Source: a virus. From it: a stretch of 64,000 nt of DNA. The stretch is taken from positions 3,862 to 67,861 of IMG/VR virus record IMGVR_UViG_3300002835_000155. One strand, written 5' to 3'. Below, piece by piece: positions 8,143 through 18,036 of the stretch. The position numbers and the translations under genes are program-made. The notes beneath the pieces were generated by a model. The model saw nothing but the letters and a program-made list of their open reading frames with translations. It was not told where the DNA came from and did not search any database. The stretch's first letter is position 1. The number at the start of each line of letters is the position of its first letter.

Positions 8143-10217
8143 TACTTCCCGTACCTCCTGCTTGCGTGACTCTCACACTCGACCGGCAGGTCATGTGCCC
8201 ATGCCGGTCGTACCCTCATCAACTCGTGGAACCGATCCACGCTCTGATGTTCTGGTGCCTCCCCAACCAACTCGTCATGCACTGACAAGATCATCGGGTA
8301 TCCATTGGCTTCCATCCGGTGCATCGCTTCCTGTAACAAGTCGGCAGCGATAGCCTGGCAGATGGACTCGACCAGCGACCCGCCGTACGTTGACCTGCGG
8401 ACCCACTGCTTCGTCTTGCTGTCGATACCCATGTAGGATATCTCAAGCCGGGTCTTGCCCTCTCGCCATCGGTCAGCCACACGGTTGATCCGTGGCTCTC
8501 TCATCCAGATAGCTCGGCCAGAAGGCAGAACGATCCAGCCCCAATCCATCGTGGCCCCGAATGTGACACGGCCGACAGGTACTGATGACTTCTCGTTGAT
8601 AGCCTTGGTGAAAGCGTCTTCGCACAGCCGCCAGAACGTAGGCACCTCGGGGTACGTCTCACGGTACAGCTTGACGATCTCTTTAGCTCGGTCCTCTGGC
8701 AACTCGATGCTGTACGGTGGAGCACCGGCCGTGTCTCTGAACTTCTGGTGGCCCATGCCGTAACCCAGACCGAGTACGGCGACCTTACCCAGTTGCCGCT
8801 CTTGTGATCCCTTGGCGATGTCGTCAGGCCGCATGTTGTACACACGACTGGCGAACTGCCGGTAAGGACATTTGCCTGTGGAGAAAGCCTCGTTCAGCAG
8901 TTTGCAGTTGGCTACCCAGGCAAGGTTTCTGGTTTCGATGTTGCTGAAGTCGGAGACGAAGAGTTTCTTTCCGGGTTCAGCACAGATGAAGGAACGGAGT
9001 GCGGACGATACCATGTCAGGTACCGAGGTGCTGGCAAACGCAGCCAGTGCAGATACGTGGGAGTACGGGTCTGATTCTCTGAGTGATTCATGGAAGACAT
9101 CTGCTTCTTTTTCATCGAGTACATCCCTCGGAAAGTTCTGCGGCTGCATCCCTCGACCAGCCTTACGTCCTGTCGCTGCACCATGCCACGCCAGACTATC
9201 TCTGATACGTGAGTCATCATCAGTCAAGTCAATCATCGTCTCGACCTTGCCGAGCGATGACTTACCTGCTGCCTGTACAATCTGCAGTACCTGACGTACC
9301 TTCTCTGGCAGCTTAGTGTTTGCCAGTGCGTCCTCTACTGACTCCTTATTGGTCGACACCATCGACCATCCCATCAGGTCGCAGAAGTCGAGGACCTTCT
9401 TACGCTGCGTGACAGCCTGGACCACACCATCCGGAAACGCAGGTGTTGCTGTGATCCGTCGCAGTTCGTTGTTGTACTCGGCCATAGACTTGTCGATGAG
9501 ATCCATCGCAGTGACAAGGCCACCCCAGTCAACAGGTACACCACGCTCGTTGACCATGTCATCGAACCGCCACTCAGCCTCACGTTGTGGAGGTAGTGGT
9601 CCCAGCCGCAGGTACAGTTCCTCCTGTGTGATCAAGTCCTGCTGACAGTACTCAACAACACGGTCCAGCTTGGCCTGATCCTCCCACCACAAGGTCGGCA
9701 TGTTGTCTATCGACGGGTTGTCCTTCAACCAATCGGATACTTCTTTCTTGCGGGGCTTACGCGGCTTGCTCAGTTGGAGCATGATCCGGTTACCCTCCAT
9801 GTCTTTCTGTGCGTCAAGGCCAAGTGCCTTGGCCGCTTCAACCAGTCTCGCTGGTACTGCGTAGTACCGACAGATCGCTGCGGTGTCGTGCCACTGACGA
9901 TCCGGTATCTCCGGCCACCCCCACCGCCTGACGCAGACGTGGTAGTACATCCGTTTCTCAAACGACAGGTTGTGGACCACGATTGGTATGTTGTGTTCTA
10001 TCGCGTGCATCAACTCAATCGGTCTTTCGGTACCATCGAGTACCCACTTGCCTCTGTTCGGAGCCAGTGCTGTAGCTGGACGGTCGTTCCACTTCAGACC
10101 GATGCAAAGAATACCGGTCTCCGGGTGGCTCGCATAACGCACCGTTGAGTACGCCTTGAGGTCAATCGGAGACCGGGTTTCAAAATCTAACGTAAGGAAC
10201 TTAGGTACCCAACTCAT
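8142..10217 (-). CDS. Family A DNA polymerase with 3'-5' exonuclease
   Basis: LDFET ExoI, YCQQD ExoIII, DFSNIETR motif A, RQLGKVAVLGLGYG motif B (Leu762), VHDE motif C. Confidence 0.95.
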   Translation of the reverse strand: MSWVPKFLTLDFETRSPIDLKAYSTVRYASHPETGILCIGLKWNDRPATALAPNRGKWVLDGTERPIELMHAIEHNIPIVVHNLSFEKRMYYHVCVRRWGWPEIPDRQWHDTAAICRYYAVPARLVEAAKALGLDAQKDMEGNRIMLQLSKPRKPRKKEVSDWLKDNPSIDNMPTLWWEDQAKLDRVVEYCQQDLITQEELYLRLGPLPPQREAEWRFDDMVNERGVPVDWGGLVTAMDLIDKSMAEYNNELRRITATPAFPDGVVQAVTQRKKVLDFCDLMGWSMVSTNKESVEDALANTKLPEKVRQVLQIVQAAGKSSLGKVETMIDLTDDDSRIRDSLAWHGAATGRKAGRGMQPQNFPRDVLDEKEADVFHESLRESDPYSHVSALAAFASTSVPDMVSSALRSFICAEPGKKLFVSDFSNIETRNLAWVANCKLLNEAFSTGKCPYRQFASRVYNMRPDDIAKGSQERQLGKVAVLGLGYGMGHQKFRDTAGAPPYSIELPEDRAKEIVKLYRETYPEVPTFWRLCEDAFTKAINEKSSVPVGRVTFGATMDWGWIVLPSGRAIWMREPRINRVADRWREGKTRLEISYMGIDSKTKQWVRRSTYGGSLVESICQAIAADLLQEAMHRMEANGYPMILSVHDELVGEAPEHQSVDRFHELMRVRPAWAHDLPVECESHASRRYGK

Positions 10218-10450
10218 GGATTCTTTTTTCCTGTCAACTTCTGTAACGCCTTGAACACTTTCCCGAACAGGTGGTCAGTCCAAGGTCTGTCACCACATTC
10301 CAACATCATCAGGTACGACTTGGAGATACCGGCTGCTTTGGATACGACGTCTGCATTCAGGTTGTGAAACTTCCTGCATGTACGGATCTGCTTGCCGGTC
10401 TCTTCGTGGTCGATTACCTCGACGGTTACGCTCGTGCGTATCAGCTCCAT
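10214..10450 (-). CDS. XRE-family HTH protein
   Basis: IRTCR...VSKAAGISKSYLMMLECG. Confidence 0.8.
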   Translation of the reverse strand: MELIRTSVTVEVIDHEETGKQIRTCRKFHNLNADVVSKAAGISKSYLMMLECGDRPWTDHLFGKVFKALQKLTGKKNP

Positions 10451-10469
10451 CTCAACCTCCTAAGAAGGC

Positions 10470-10491
10470 GTGGCCGGGCGAACCCGGCCAC
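10470..10491 (-). terminator. Hairpin after the SSB gene
   Basis: GTGGCCGGG-CGAA-CCCGGCCAC on + (C-UUCG-C tetraloop region on the transcribed - strand); weak U tract. Confidence 0.55.
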
Positions 10492-10502
10492 ACCAAGACA
10501 GA

Positions 10503-11306
10503 TTAGTGCTGAGGTGGGTAGACGTAGCCCGGCATCGGCGGGGCCATCTGCTGAGGTGGGTACCCGGGGTGAACCGGAGGAGCTGCGTAACCCTGAGGTG
10601 GGTAGCCCGGGGCCGGTGGTGCAGCCGGTGGCATGGCGAACCCCTGCGGTGCTACCGGGGGGACGAATGCAGACGCTGGGATTTCACCCATAACGTCAGC
10701 AAAGTCCTTCGTAGCGTCTCGTGGGGCCACCAATGGTGTACCATCAGCACACTTGAGAACCGAATTCAGGTAGAACTTGATCCCCCTGTTGCCATTCGAC
10801 TCGTACGCACCAGCTTTCAGGCTGACGTACACGATCGCTCCCGGGTAGATCACATCGGGGTCAACGACAGGTACCGGTGGGTTACCGACAAATACGTTCG
10901 GTTTACCGTACTGGGCATTGCTGTTGGCACCGAAGAAGAATCCATCACGGTTCTCGTGACCCGGTCGGATCTTGATAGACCGCAGAGGCTGCTTCTCCAT
11001 CGTGTTGATGGACTTCTTGAACTTCTCCTGGCAGACAACCTCAGCAGCGGCCATGAGCTTCTGTGCGATCGCCTGGTAAGCAGGATTCTCAGCGAAGCAG
11101 ATGAACTCTGCCGAGTACATCAGTGGACTGTTGGGGTCTTTAGCGTCCTTCCGGCGAGGGATGAACAGGTTCGGGTAACTGATAACCAAAGGACCGACCG
11201 TTACCCGGGTCGGGTCAGTTGCCATTGCTGCAGGCTGTTGTGGGGCACTGCTGGCTACTGGCATGGATGGGGAAACTCCAGGTGGGGGACCGAACGCATT
11301 ACTCAT
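10503..11306 (-). CDS. DUF2815-family ssDNA-binding protein with Pro-rich tails
   Basis: ISYPNLF, IYPG...AYESNGNRGIKFYLNSVLK..DG.PL; syntenic with PolA and DUF2800. Confidence 0.88.
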   Translation of the reverse strand: MSNAFGPPPGVSPSMPVASSAPQQPAAMATDPTRVTVGPLVISYPNLFIPRRKDAKDPNSPLMYSAEFICFAENPAYQAIAQKLMAAAEVVCQEKFKKSINTMEKQPLRSIKIRPGHENRDGFFFGANSNAQYGKPNVFVGNPPVPVVDPDVIYPGAIVYVSLKAGAYESNGNRGIKFYLNSVLKCADGTPLVAPRDATKDFADVMGEIPASAFVPPVAPQGFAMPPAAPPAPGYPPQGYAAPPVHPGYPPQQMAPPMPGYVYPPQH

Positions 11307-12519
11307 CTGACGACTCCATTGCTTGGATCAACTCGATTGCTGTCTCGGGACGAACTTCTTCACCACGAGCACGGGCATCAACCAATTTGACACCCACAGG
11401 TTTAGACTGAACAAGTTTACCGAACTTGTCCTTATACTCGGCCCAGAGACCCTTCTCTTTCAGGACCTTCTCCAGTTTCGCCGGGGAGATCACGCCTTGT
11501 TCGGTGATATCCTTCGATGAAACTCCCTTGAAGACTCGCGGTACCTTTTTACGGATAGCCTCTTCGTCTTCAACGTACGCACGATTACCGTACTTCATAA
11601 TCAGTTTGTGGCCCGGGATCGGTTCGCCCTTCGACGCTCGATTAACCAGATCAACCACAACACCTTTCATGAAGTCCTTGACCACGTCGAACATCTGCAT
11701 GTACCTAACCAGTTGGTCAGTCGCCAGGTCCGATGTGGGTGTGGCCAGCAACGTCATGTCATTGGGATTCGTGAAGGTGGAAATCTCCACGAAGTCAGTG
11801 ACAAGTGCTTCTCTGGCTTTACAGCCTTCCTTACGGCGACAGTACTTACACCAGTCGCCTGCTGACAGGTTGTCTGGTTTAGGTACTGTCATGTCGGGGT
11901 TGTCCAGAACGAACTGAGCTGCCTCAGTGATCTGCCCCCAGACCTTTGTTAACTCATCGGCACCAGGTTCATACCGGCTAACCTGTGGGTTGCAGCGTGG
12001 TTGGACAATGATCTGCACAACCCGGCCGAACGTACGACCGAGTGTTGCCAGTGCCAGCAACGAGTAGGCCGTCAACTGGACTGAGTCTGCAAACACTGGT
12101 TTGTGCCCGTACTTCAGGTCCATGATGACCAGGATATCGTCACCCGGAATGATGCAGTCCGACGTACCGCCGAACATCTCGTTCGGGATAGACGGGTGTA
12201 CCAACTGCTGTTCTGACACGATAGTTGCCGGGTCAATACTGAACTCGGCACAGGCAGCTCTGGCTGTGTCGATGAACAACTCAACGCCCTCGACCATCTC
12301 GATTGTGATGGGGTACCGCTCGTCGAAGTCTTTACTGCCCAGCATGTCACGAGGGTTAGCCCCCCACGTCAGACAGAACTCCAGCAACGAGTGGCAGGTT
12401 GTTCCTTCCTCGGCTGCAGAAGACGGCTTGTCCGGGACGAACGGTCCGTAGATGGAACCCATGCAGTTCAGAATGCGAGGGAGCGACGATGGTCCCAGCA
12501 GGTAGTGTTTCCCGCTCAT
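11299..12519 (-). CDS. DUF2800 Cas4-like PD-(D/E)xK exonuclease
   Basis: LGPSS...C, AEEGT..H, FGGTSDC, DLKYG, QLTAY, WCKYC....C. Confidence 0.9.
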   Translation of the reverse strand: MSGKHYLLGPSSLPRILNCMGSIYGPFVPDKPSSAAEEGTTCHSLLEFCLTWGANPRDMLGSKDFDERYPITIEMVEGVELFIDTARAACAEFSIDPATIVSEQQLVHPSIPNEMFGGTSDCIIPGDDILVIMDLKYGHKPVFADSVQLTAYSLLALATLGRTFGRVVQIIVQPRCNPQVSRYEPGADELTKVWGQITEAAQFVLDNPDMTVPKPDNLSAGDWCKYCRRKEGCKAREALVTDFVEISTFTNPNDMTLLATPTSDLATDQLVRYMQMFDVVKDFMKGVVVDLVNRASKGEPIPGHKLIMKYGNRAYVEDEEAIRKKVPRVFKGVSSKDITEQGVISPAKLEKVLKEKGLWAEYKDKFGKLVQSKPVGVKLVDARARGEEVRPETAIELIQAMESSDE

Positions 12520-13154
12520 ACGTTGACTCCCTGCTGACGGAGTGCATTAGCCAGCAAGGAAGCATTCTCGTTGGTCAAGCCAGCGATTGACACACCGCTT
12601 GCTGCCTGAGCTGCGGCGACTATCGCCTTGCCGTTCGTCAGACTGTTGTGAGCACGGATAGCTGCGGCTCGTACCGTTCCGGCGTCAATAGCAGGACCGG
12701 TTATCGGGGCCATCGCTGCCACGCCAGTTGTTACAGGTGCCACGGTGAGTGGAGCCTGATTGAACTGAGGCATGACCGGGGCTGATGGTGGTGTTGCTGG
12801 CGTAACCGGTTGGTTACTCAGCACATCAACGGCAACGGATTGCTGGTCCAACCCACCCTTACTCGGCATAAAAGTCGGCACACCATTTTGCACAACTGGC
12901 TGCTTAGCCGGAGGTGCTGGCATGGACGCGGGTGGGACCATCTGCTGCACCGGTAGTGCAAAAGCTGGCACGGCTTGCGGGGCCTCGGGTGCCGCAAACA
13001 CCGGTAGGATCGCGTGTGATGTTGAAGTTGCAACTTCCGGTATGGTCCGCTGCGGTGTAACGACTGGTAGACCCAATGACGATTGGATCTTCTGCCGGAG
13101 TTCTTCCGGCAGGAGTTTCAACTCCTCCAGTCCCAATGAGATAGTCACTTGCAT
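12516..13154 (-). CDS. Pro/Ala-rich protein of the DUF2800 module
   Basis: Start reassigned to ATG 13154 (GGAGG RBS, downstream of promoter). Confidence 0.75.
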   Translation of the reverse strand: MQVTISLGLEELKLLPEELRQKIQSSLGLPVVTPQRTIPEVATSTSHAILPVFAAPEAPQAVPAFALPVQQMVPPASMPAPPAKQPVVQNGVPTFMPSKGGLDQQSVAVDVLSNQPVTPATPPSAPVMPQFNQAPLTVAPVTTGVAAMAPITGPAIDAGTVRAAAIRAHNSLTNGKAIVAAAQAASGVSIAGLTNENASLLANALRQQGVNV

Positions 13155-13185
13155 AAAGCACCTCCAGTGAAATCGGGACGGAGGT

Positions 13186-13214
13186 ACTCTATCTGAGTCC
13201 ACAAAACCTGTCAA
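13186..13214 (-). promoter_or_regulatory. Sigma70-type promoter of the replication operon
   Basis: TTGACA-17 nt-TAGAGT on the - strand. Confidence 0.75.
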
Positions 13215-13232
13215 CAGATTTTGTAAACTTTC

Positions 13233-14849
13233 TCAGACCATCTCATTCCAGGTAATTGCCTGCTGGGACAGCGTCTTTTGACAAAGAACTTTACCTTCGT
13301 CGTCAACCCATTTCAGCAGGCATTGGATGGTGGCTGTACCGGGTGAAGCCCGGCGAGACTGGCTCGACGGGATTTCGATCTTCAGGTACGACTCGGGAGC
13401 ACCTGGGTCCACGTACGTAACGACAGCTTTGACGCGGCCTGTCGACCCCGATTGAGTGATGGTTACCTCAGGTGCGAATTCCGGGTCAGTAAATTCGAAG
13501 TCACCAACGGTTGTAATCGGGTCGTTGCTGGCATCCCGGATGAAGACATGGATCGAAGCGTTAGCCTCGTCGGTGTAACTATCACCCACGTTGAGCGTAG
13601 CAGGGAAACCTACGATTGTCCCAGACGTGCCGTTCACGGTAGCTAATGCTGCCGCGATGTACGCTACAACGAGGTCTCGAATGCTATCCAAGATACCTGT
13701 AGTCGGGTCTGCTGGAGTTGTTCCACTTGCAGGTATGCCAAGAATGGCTCGAATCGCTGCCCGTTCGTCAGCGGTCCAGTCACTAGATCCTCCCCCACTG
13801 GAGGGAGCGAGTTCTAACATGTTTGCGGTAAACTGGTACACAGACCCATCAAGCACCATACCTGAGTCGATCTTGTCAAGGATGGTCTTGGCTGCGGCCA
13901 ATGCGGCACTCGTCGCCAGCCCACTCTGAATCTGACTAACCGGATGAATATGCAACGACACAATCGTAAACGCCACCCCGTTGACCGGAGCCGATGTCAG
14001 AGGTTCCTCCACCACGATAGTCTTTGTGGCTCCTACATAGTCTACTATCGAACGAACCTGTCCGGCCAGTGCCCCGTCAGTGAACACCAGCATCGAGTCG
14101 TTGTAGAAGTTATCAACCGCTGAATCGAGGTCAGTAGTGAACGTGGTCGTTGTTGCAGACGCATCAATGACAGTCGAGTCGATTTGTTGGAACGCATTCG
14201 TTTGTCGCAGTCGTTTGCCCGATGAAGTCGCGACGTTATGGGTAGCTTTTGTTAATGGCTCGTCCCAGATCAGGTCAACCAATGCGGCAGTAGCAGCGGA
14301 GTCCAGTGCCGCTGCTATTCTTCCTGACTCCAATGCTGCCGGAAGTCTCGTTTGAATGTCGTTCGTGTCGGATTGAATGGCGTCGATCTTGGTTTCGTTC
14401 GCATCGACCTGAGTGATGATCGCCGTCTGAGCGTCACTGACATTCGTTGCTGTTGCCAGTCCGGCCTGAATCTCAGTCACAGCATCGGCCTTAATCGCGT
14501 CCGCGTCAATTGCGTCCGTCGCAATCACGGCAGCCGTTATTGATCCGTCCGCAGGCACTGTTCGCCCTGGCACAGAAGAAGCCGTTGTCACCACCGTAAC
14601 GCACGCTGGAATGCACCCTGTCTTTTTAGCGATCAGAATGAACGAGGTGTAATTCGTTTCGGCCTGTGTCGGAGTGTAAAGAACAATGCCGTCCGTGCTG
14701 TAGGCTGTCGTGCCGCCACCGTCTGCCTCCGCCACACCTATCGGCTTGATTCGTACGGTGCAGCCGCTTGTCTGGACCGCTCCGTCTGATATTTGCACCA
14801 CTGCACCAATTGCGATTGGTTCCGGGCTTGCGGCGTTCCTTGGATACAT
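13233..14849 (-). CDS. Putative tail fiber/virion accessory protein
   Basis: Start MYPRNAAS at 14849; Ala/Thr/Asp-rich; ITAAVIATDAIDADAIKADAVTEIQ motif; repeated IQxGLAT. Confidence 0.65.
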   Translation of the reverse strand: MYPRNAASPEPIAIGAVVQISDGAVQTSGCTVRIKPIGVAEADGGGTTAYSTDGIVLYTPTQAETNYTSFILIAKKTGCIPACVTVVTTASSVPGRTVPADGSITAAVIATDAIDADAIKADAVTEIQAGLATATNVSDAQTAIITQVDANETKIDAIQSDTNDIQTRLPAALESGRIAAALDSAATAALVDLIWDEPLTKATHNVATSSGKRLRQTNAFQQIDSTVIDASATTTTFTTDLDSAVDNFYNDSMLVFTDGALAGQVRSIVDYVGATKTIVVEEPLTSAPVNGVAFTIVSLHIHPVSQIQSGLATSAALAAAKTILDKIDSGMVLDGSVYQFTANMLELAPSSGGGSSDWTADERAAIRAILGIPASGTTPADPTTGILDSIRDLVVAYIAAALATVNGTSGTIVGFPATLNVGDSYTDEANASIHVFIRDASNDPITTVGDFEFTDPEFAPEVTITQSGSTGRVKAVVTYVDPGAPESYLKIEIPSSQSRRASPGTATIQCLLKWVDDEGKVLCQKTLSQQAITWNEMV

Positions 14850-15613
14850 CAGTTTGTTCCTCCCCCAATAACCAATGAACGCCTTGGAATCCATGCAGCA
14901 TTAAACCCGCCAGCAGCCACCGCAACCGATGACCGGCGACGTGGGGCAAGCTCGTAGGCGATGCCGCGACGGGATGCGAGTAGGCTGATTTCTTGCGACG
15001 ACAAAACGCGATTATGCACAAACACGTCGTCTATTTGCCCGTTTGTATAAAACAGCCCGACGTACGCCCCGATTGCCTCGACCGCTGATGATGATGCCGG
15101 AACTGTCCCAGCATCTGAACCGTATAGTTTTCCATCGACGAAAATCCGGCGATCTCCGGCTGCAAGTGTGTACGCAAGGTGATACCACTGATTGAGCACC
15201 AGTGTGTAAGGAGTCGGCTGAAGAAGTGTTCCGTTGCAATAACAGTATGGTCGCCCAGTCACGCCCATCAACGCCGAAAATCCGCTCGTCCCCGCCGTGG
15301 TGTTAAACAGTCCCTGAAACGCTACGAATGATTTCGATAATACCCAAAAGCACACCGTGGCAGGATACGTCATGATCGCTGATGACGGCACTGCAACATA
15401 GTCATTCGACCCGTCAAAATCCAAAGCATATCGACCGCCGCTTGTGACCCAATCGCTGGCGACATCCATATTTGTGAGTGTCGCATGTCGGCCAAACCGC
15501 GACCAATCTCTCAGCGTCAATCCACTTGGACCAAGGCCGGGATTCCAAGCCCCGACGCAACCACGCCACAATCCGGGATACCTCAATTCTGTTGTTAACT
15601 TATGCCGCATCAG
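14849..15613 (-). CDS. LamG/concanavalin A-like domain protein
   Basis: ALDFDGSNDYV, NQWYHLAYT, IFVDG, GQIDDVFVHNRVLS. Confidence 0.88.
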   Translation of the reverse strand: MMRHKLTTELRYPGLWRGCVGAWNPGLGPSGLTLRDWSRFGRHATLTNMDVASDWVTSGGRYALDFDGSNDYVAVPSSAIMTYPATVCFWVLSKSFVAFQGLFNTTAGTSGFSALMGVTGRPYCYCNGTLLQPTPYTLVLNQWYHLAYTLAAGDRRIFVDGKLYGSDAGTVPASSSAVEAIGAYVGLFYTNGQIDDVFVHNRVLSSQEISLLASRRGIAYELAPRRRSSVAVAAGGFNAAWIPRRSLVIGGGTN

Positions 15614-16128
15614 CCCACCGTCTCGTACATGCCTTTGCATGTCACCTGATGACCAGATGATGCAAGATTAACACCAGTCGAGTGCGTCAGAAACAACACC
15701 AGTTTGGCAGGCAATACGCCGCCAAATGCACCGGCGAGTGACGATACGGCAAGCTGATATGTGTCGTCTGTTCCGGGGTCTGCTCGTGTACCAGCAGCCC
15801 AGACCAGCATTGCGACGGCATCGCGGTTAGTGGTGTCCTTGAAGGCTCCAGTTCCTTCCGTGCCAAACGTACCGGAAGTAAGTGCTGTCGTCGGCCAGTT
15901 AGAATCATCCAGCATGGCGATCGCGTACAATGCAATCTGCCCCGCTGTTGCAGAGTTGCCCAGCACAACTTTACCGCTGATTAGCTTGTCCAGATCAAGA
16001 TCAGTCGTGTTGTCAATGATGCCCGACAACCAACCAGCAACCAGTGTGGACGATGTCGCAATGCTCGCCAGATTCGTGACCGTCAGGTTTGCTGACGCTT
16101 GATATGCTCGTTTGATATTTGATGGCAT
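15610..16128 (-). CDS. Hypothetical virion-associated protein
   Basis: Beta-rich, Thr/Ala-rich; AAAGG RBS; adjacent to the LamG gene. Confidence 0.7.
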   Translation of the reverse strand: MPSNIKRAYQASANLTVTNLASIATSSTLVAGWLSGIIDNTTDLDLDKLISGKVVLGNSATAGQIALYAIAMLDDSNWPTTALTSGTFGTEGTGAFKDTTNRDAVAMLVWAAGTRADPGTDDTYQLAVSSLAGAFGGVLPAKLVLFLTHSTGVNLASSGHQVTCKGMYETVG

Positions 16129-16130
16129 GA

Positions 16131-16553
16131 TTAACCTTTCATTGCTTCCTGAACGTCATCAGTAGTAAACACCTGCGGAACATTCGCTGCCGCATCCAGT
16201 GCCGCAACTTCTTCTGCGGTCACAAGACCGGATTGAAGTAATCCACCGAGCATCGCTTCGACCTCTGGAAGATCAAAATCAATCCTCCAGTCCTTGCGGA
16301 CCCAGTCGAGAAACGTAATGCAGATGCCCTTGATTGCGTCAGGTGTTTCCGACGATTCACGAGCCAATGTGATCTTTGCCCATACACCATTCATGCTGGC
16401 GATTTTCTGGATCAAGCCACCGTCAACGGGCTGGCGAATAACTGGAGCGATTACAGAACAACGTGCCGCACAAGCAGCGTGCCGACCTGCGTTCCAGTGT
16501 GCCAGTGCTTCACTGTCTGATTCGATCAGGGTTTTAAGTTCACCAGGATTCAT
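16131..16553 (-). CDS. Hypothetical protein
   Basis: AGGAG RBS; start about MNPGELK. Confidence 0.7.
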   Translation of the reverse strand: MNPGELKTLIESDSEALAHWNAGRHAACAARCSVIAPVIRQPVDGGLIQKIASMNGVWAKITLARESSETPDAIKGICITFLDWVRKDWRIDFDLPEVEAMLGGLLQSGLVTAEEVAALDAAANVPQVFTTDDVQEAMKG

Positions 16554-16713
16554 TGTTATCATCTCCTGCAAGTACTGATTCAGCTTGCTCAATCGCTGAG
16601 GCCAGTTCTTCCATCAGCGAAATTGTTCCTGTAGTTTCATCAACAACATCTGCACTAATAAATGGTCTCGCTGCGGCAATTAGTCTTTGCAGTGCTTCGC
16701 GAACGTCACTCAT
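16540..16713 (-). CDS. 57-aa acidic helical protein (not in ORF track)
   Basis: Hand translation MSDVREALQRLIAAARPFISADVVDETTGTISLMEELASAIEQAESVLAGDDNNESW; fills the gap. Confidence 0.6.
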   Translation of the reverse strand: MSDVREALQRLIAAARPFISADVVDETTGTISLMEELASAIEQAESVLAGDDNNESW

Positions 16714-16758
16714 GATTTACTCGATTCCAAAATCAACAGCGGTTCAACGAGTCCGCGT

Positions 16759-17148
16759 TTACCTATCAATCATCTGTGAAGATTCCAGTACCTTACTCAT
16801 CATGGAATTCCACTCTCTACGCTCTTGTCTGTGGTTTTCGTCCAGCTCACGGAGAAGCACCCGGTTGGCCTCACCCTCACGTTCGTACCCATCCTGAATG
16901 GTTTGGATGTGCGAGGGTATCGCCACGTCGACACAGTACTTGCCACCAAACCAAAACCCAGCACCAATCGCGGTTAGAATGAGCGTAAGCAGTACGTTGT
17001 TGAATGCTTGGCCAGTCATCCACCTGGACCACATTGATATCAACCTACCCCACCAGGGACCTTCAAGGAGGGCTTTCTCTTCACTAATGCGTTCTATCCG
17101 TTCAGCCTCAGTCTCAATACGCATAACTTCATCGCCAGACGACACCAT
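16759..17148 (-). CDS. Single-TM membrane protein (holin/hemolysin-like candidate)
   Basis: VLLTLILTAIGAGFWFGG followed by a charged coiled coil; GAGGGGAG RBS. Confidence 0.6.
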   Translation of the reverse strand: MVSSGDEVMRIETEAERIERISEEKALLEGPWWGRLISMWSRWMTGQAFNNVLLTLILTAIGAGFWFGGKYCVDVAIPSHIQTIQDGYEREGEANRVLLRELDENHRQERREWNSMMSKVLESSQMIDR

Positions 17149-17160
17149 GTCTCTCCCCTC

Positions 17161-17191
17161 AAAGAAAAACTGGCCGGACATCCCGGCCAGT
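17161..17191 (-). terminator. Rho-independent terminator
   Basis: ACTGGCCGG-GATGT-CCGGCCAGT-TTTTCTTT on the - strand. Confidence 0.75.
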
Positions 17192-17203
17192 CTTGTGGAA
17201 ATA

Positions 17204-17671
17204 TCAGAGTGCGTCAGGAACAACCGCTGTCTGTACAGCACCAAGATTGGTCCAGCCAGTCATGATCCACGTATTGGCTGCAACGTATTGCAGGAGATAC
17301 GTGTTGCCTGCGGTCAGAGCTGCTTCGTTGGTTGCACCGACAGTGACGTTGTTAACCTTGTCCGCAGCAACGGCTGAGATAAGTTCGCAGGCTGTTGCCC
17401 CGACCTTAATCGTGATCATCTTACCAACCGCAGCGGCAGGCAAACTGATCTGCTTGTCGGCATTATCGCTTGTGACAGTGACGAAGTTCGCCGTCGCGGG
17501 GATGAGCCCGGTCGTGCCGCCACCAGTGGTGGCTGTGACCGCCACAGACGTCGGGTCGCAGTACCCGTAGAGTTCTGTGAAGTTGTCGTCACACTTTGTG
17601 TACAAAGCCCGCAGCCGGGACGGTGAACTTACGAGTTGATTACTACCGGAGATCAAAGTCTGTCGTGACAT
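17204..17671 (-). CDS. Small virion fiber/decoration-like protein
   Basis: KCDDNFTELY N-terminal anchor-like motif; ISLPAAAVGKMITI; Thr/Ala-rich. Confidence 0.6.
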   Translation of the reverse strand: MSRQTLISGSNQLVSSPSRLRALYTKCDDNFTELYGYCDPTSVAVTATTGGGTTGLIPATANFVTVTSDNADKQISLPAAAVGKMITIKVGATACELISAVAADKVNNVTVGATNEAALTAGNTYLLQYVAANTWIMTGWTNLGAVQTAVVPDAL

Positions 17672-17730
17672 GAGTACCGTTTCCTTCACAGGAGAACCAA
17701 AGGCGGAACGCTACTCGTCTGGGGGTTAGG

Positions 17731-18036
17731 TCAAGGATTGTACCGGCTCCACAACCACCGCACAACCTGTGTTACCAAATTTTTTATGGCCATCCACATC
17801 AACCATGAAGCAATCGGGCCGAGCCCGGCGACCCACTCGTTTCGTATTCGACCGATCATCTCCTCCGGACTTGTGCAGAAGATGTGGTGCTTCTCGTAGT
17901 ACGCAACAATTTTGTCAACCTTAGCCTGCAGGCCAAAGGCTTGACTGTACGAAACCGAGTCTCGAACGGACCCGACGATCCACGACGTGTCGCATTTCAG
18001 GTGTTTGTAAAGCTCTCGCCGCTCGGTCTCGTTCAT
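17731..18036 (-). CDS. Small protein with hydrophobic C-terminus
   Basis: LGPIASWLMWMAIKNLVTQVVRWLW. Confidence 0.65.
   Translation of the reverse strand: MNETERRELYKHLKCDTSWIVGSVRDSVSYSQAFGLQAKVDKIVAYYEKHHIFCTSPEEMIGRIRNEWVAGLGPIASWLMWMAIKNLVTQVVRWLWSRYNP

Noticed and set aside
10470-11390. Long antisense ORFs (also 23469-24251, 46702-47403, 62485-63132)
   Set aside because: Shadow frames of real genes with no recognisable motifs.
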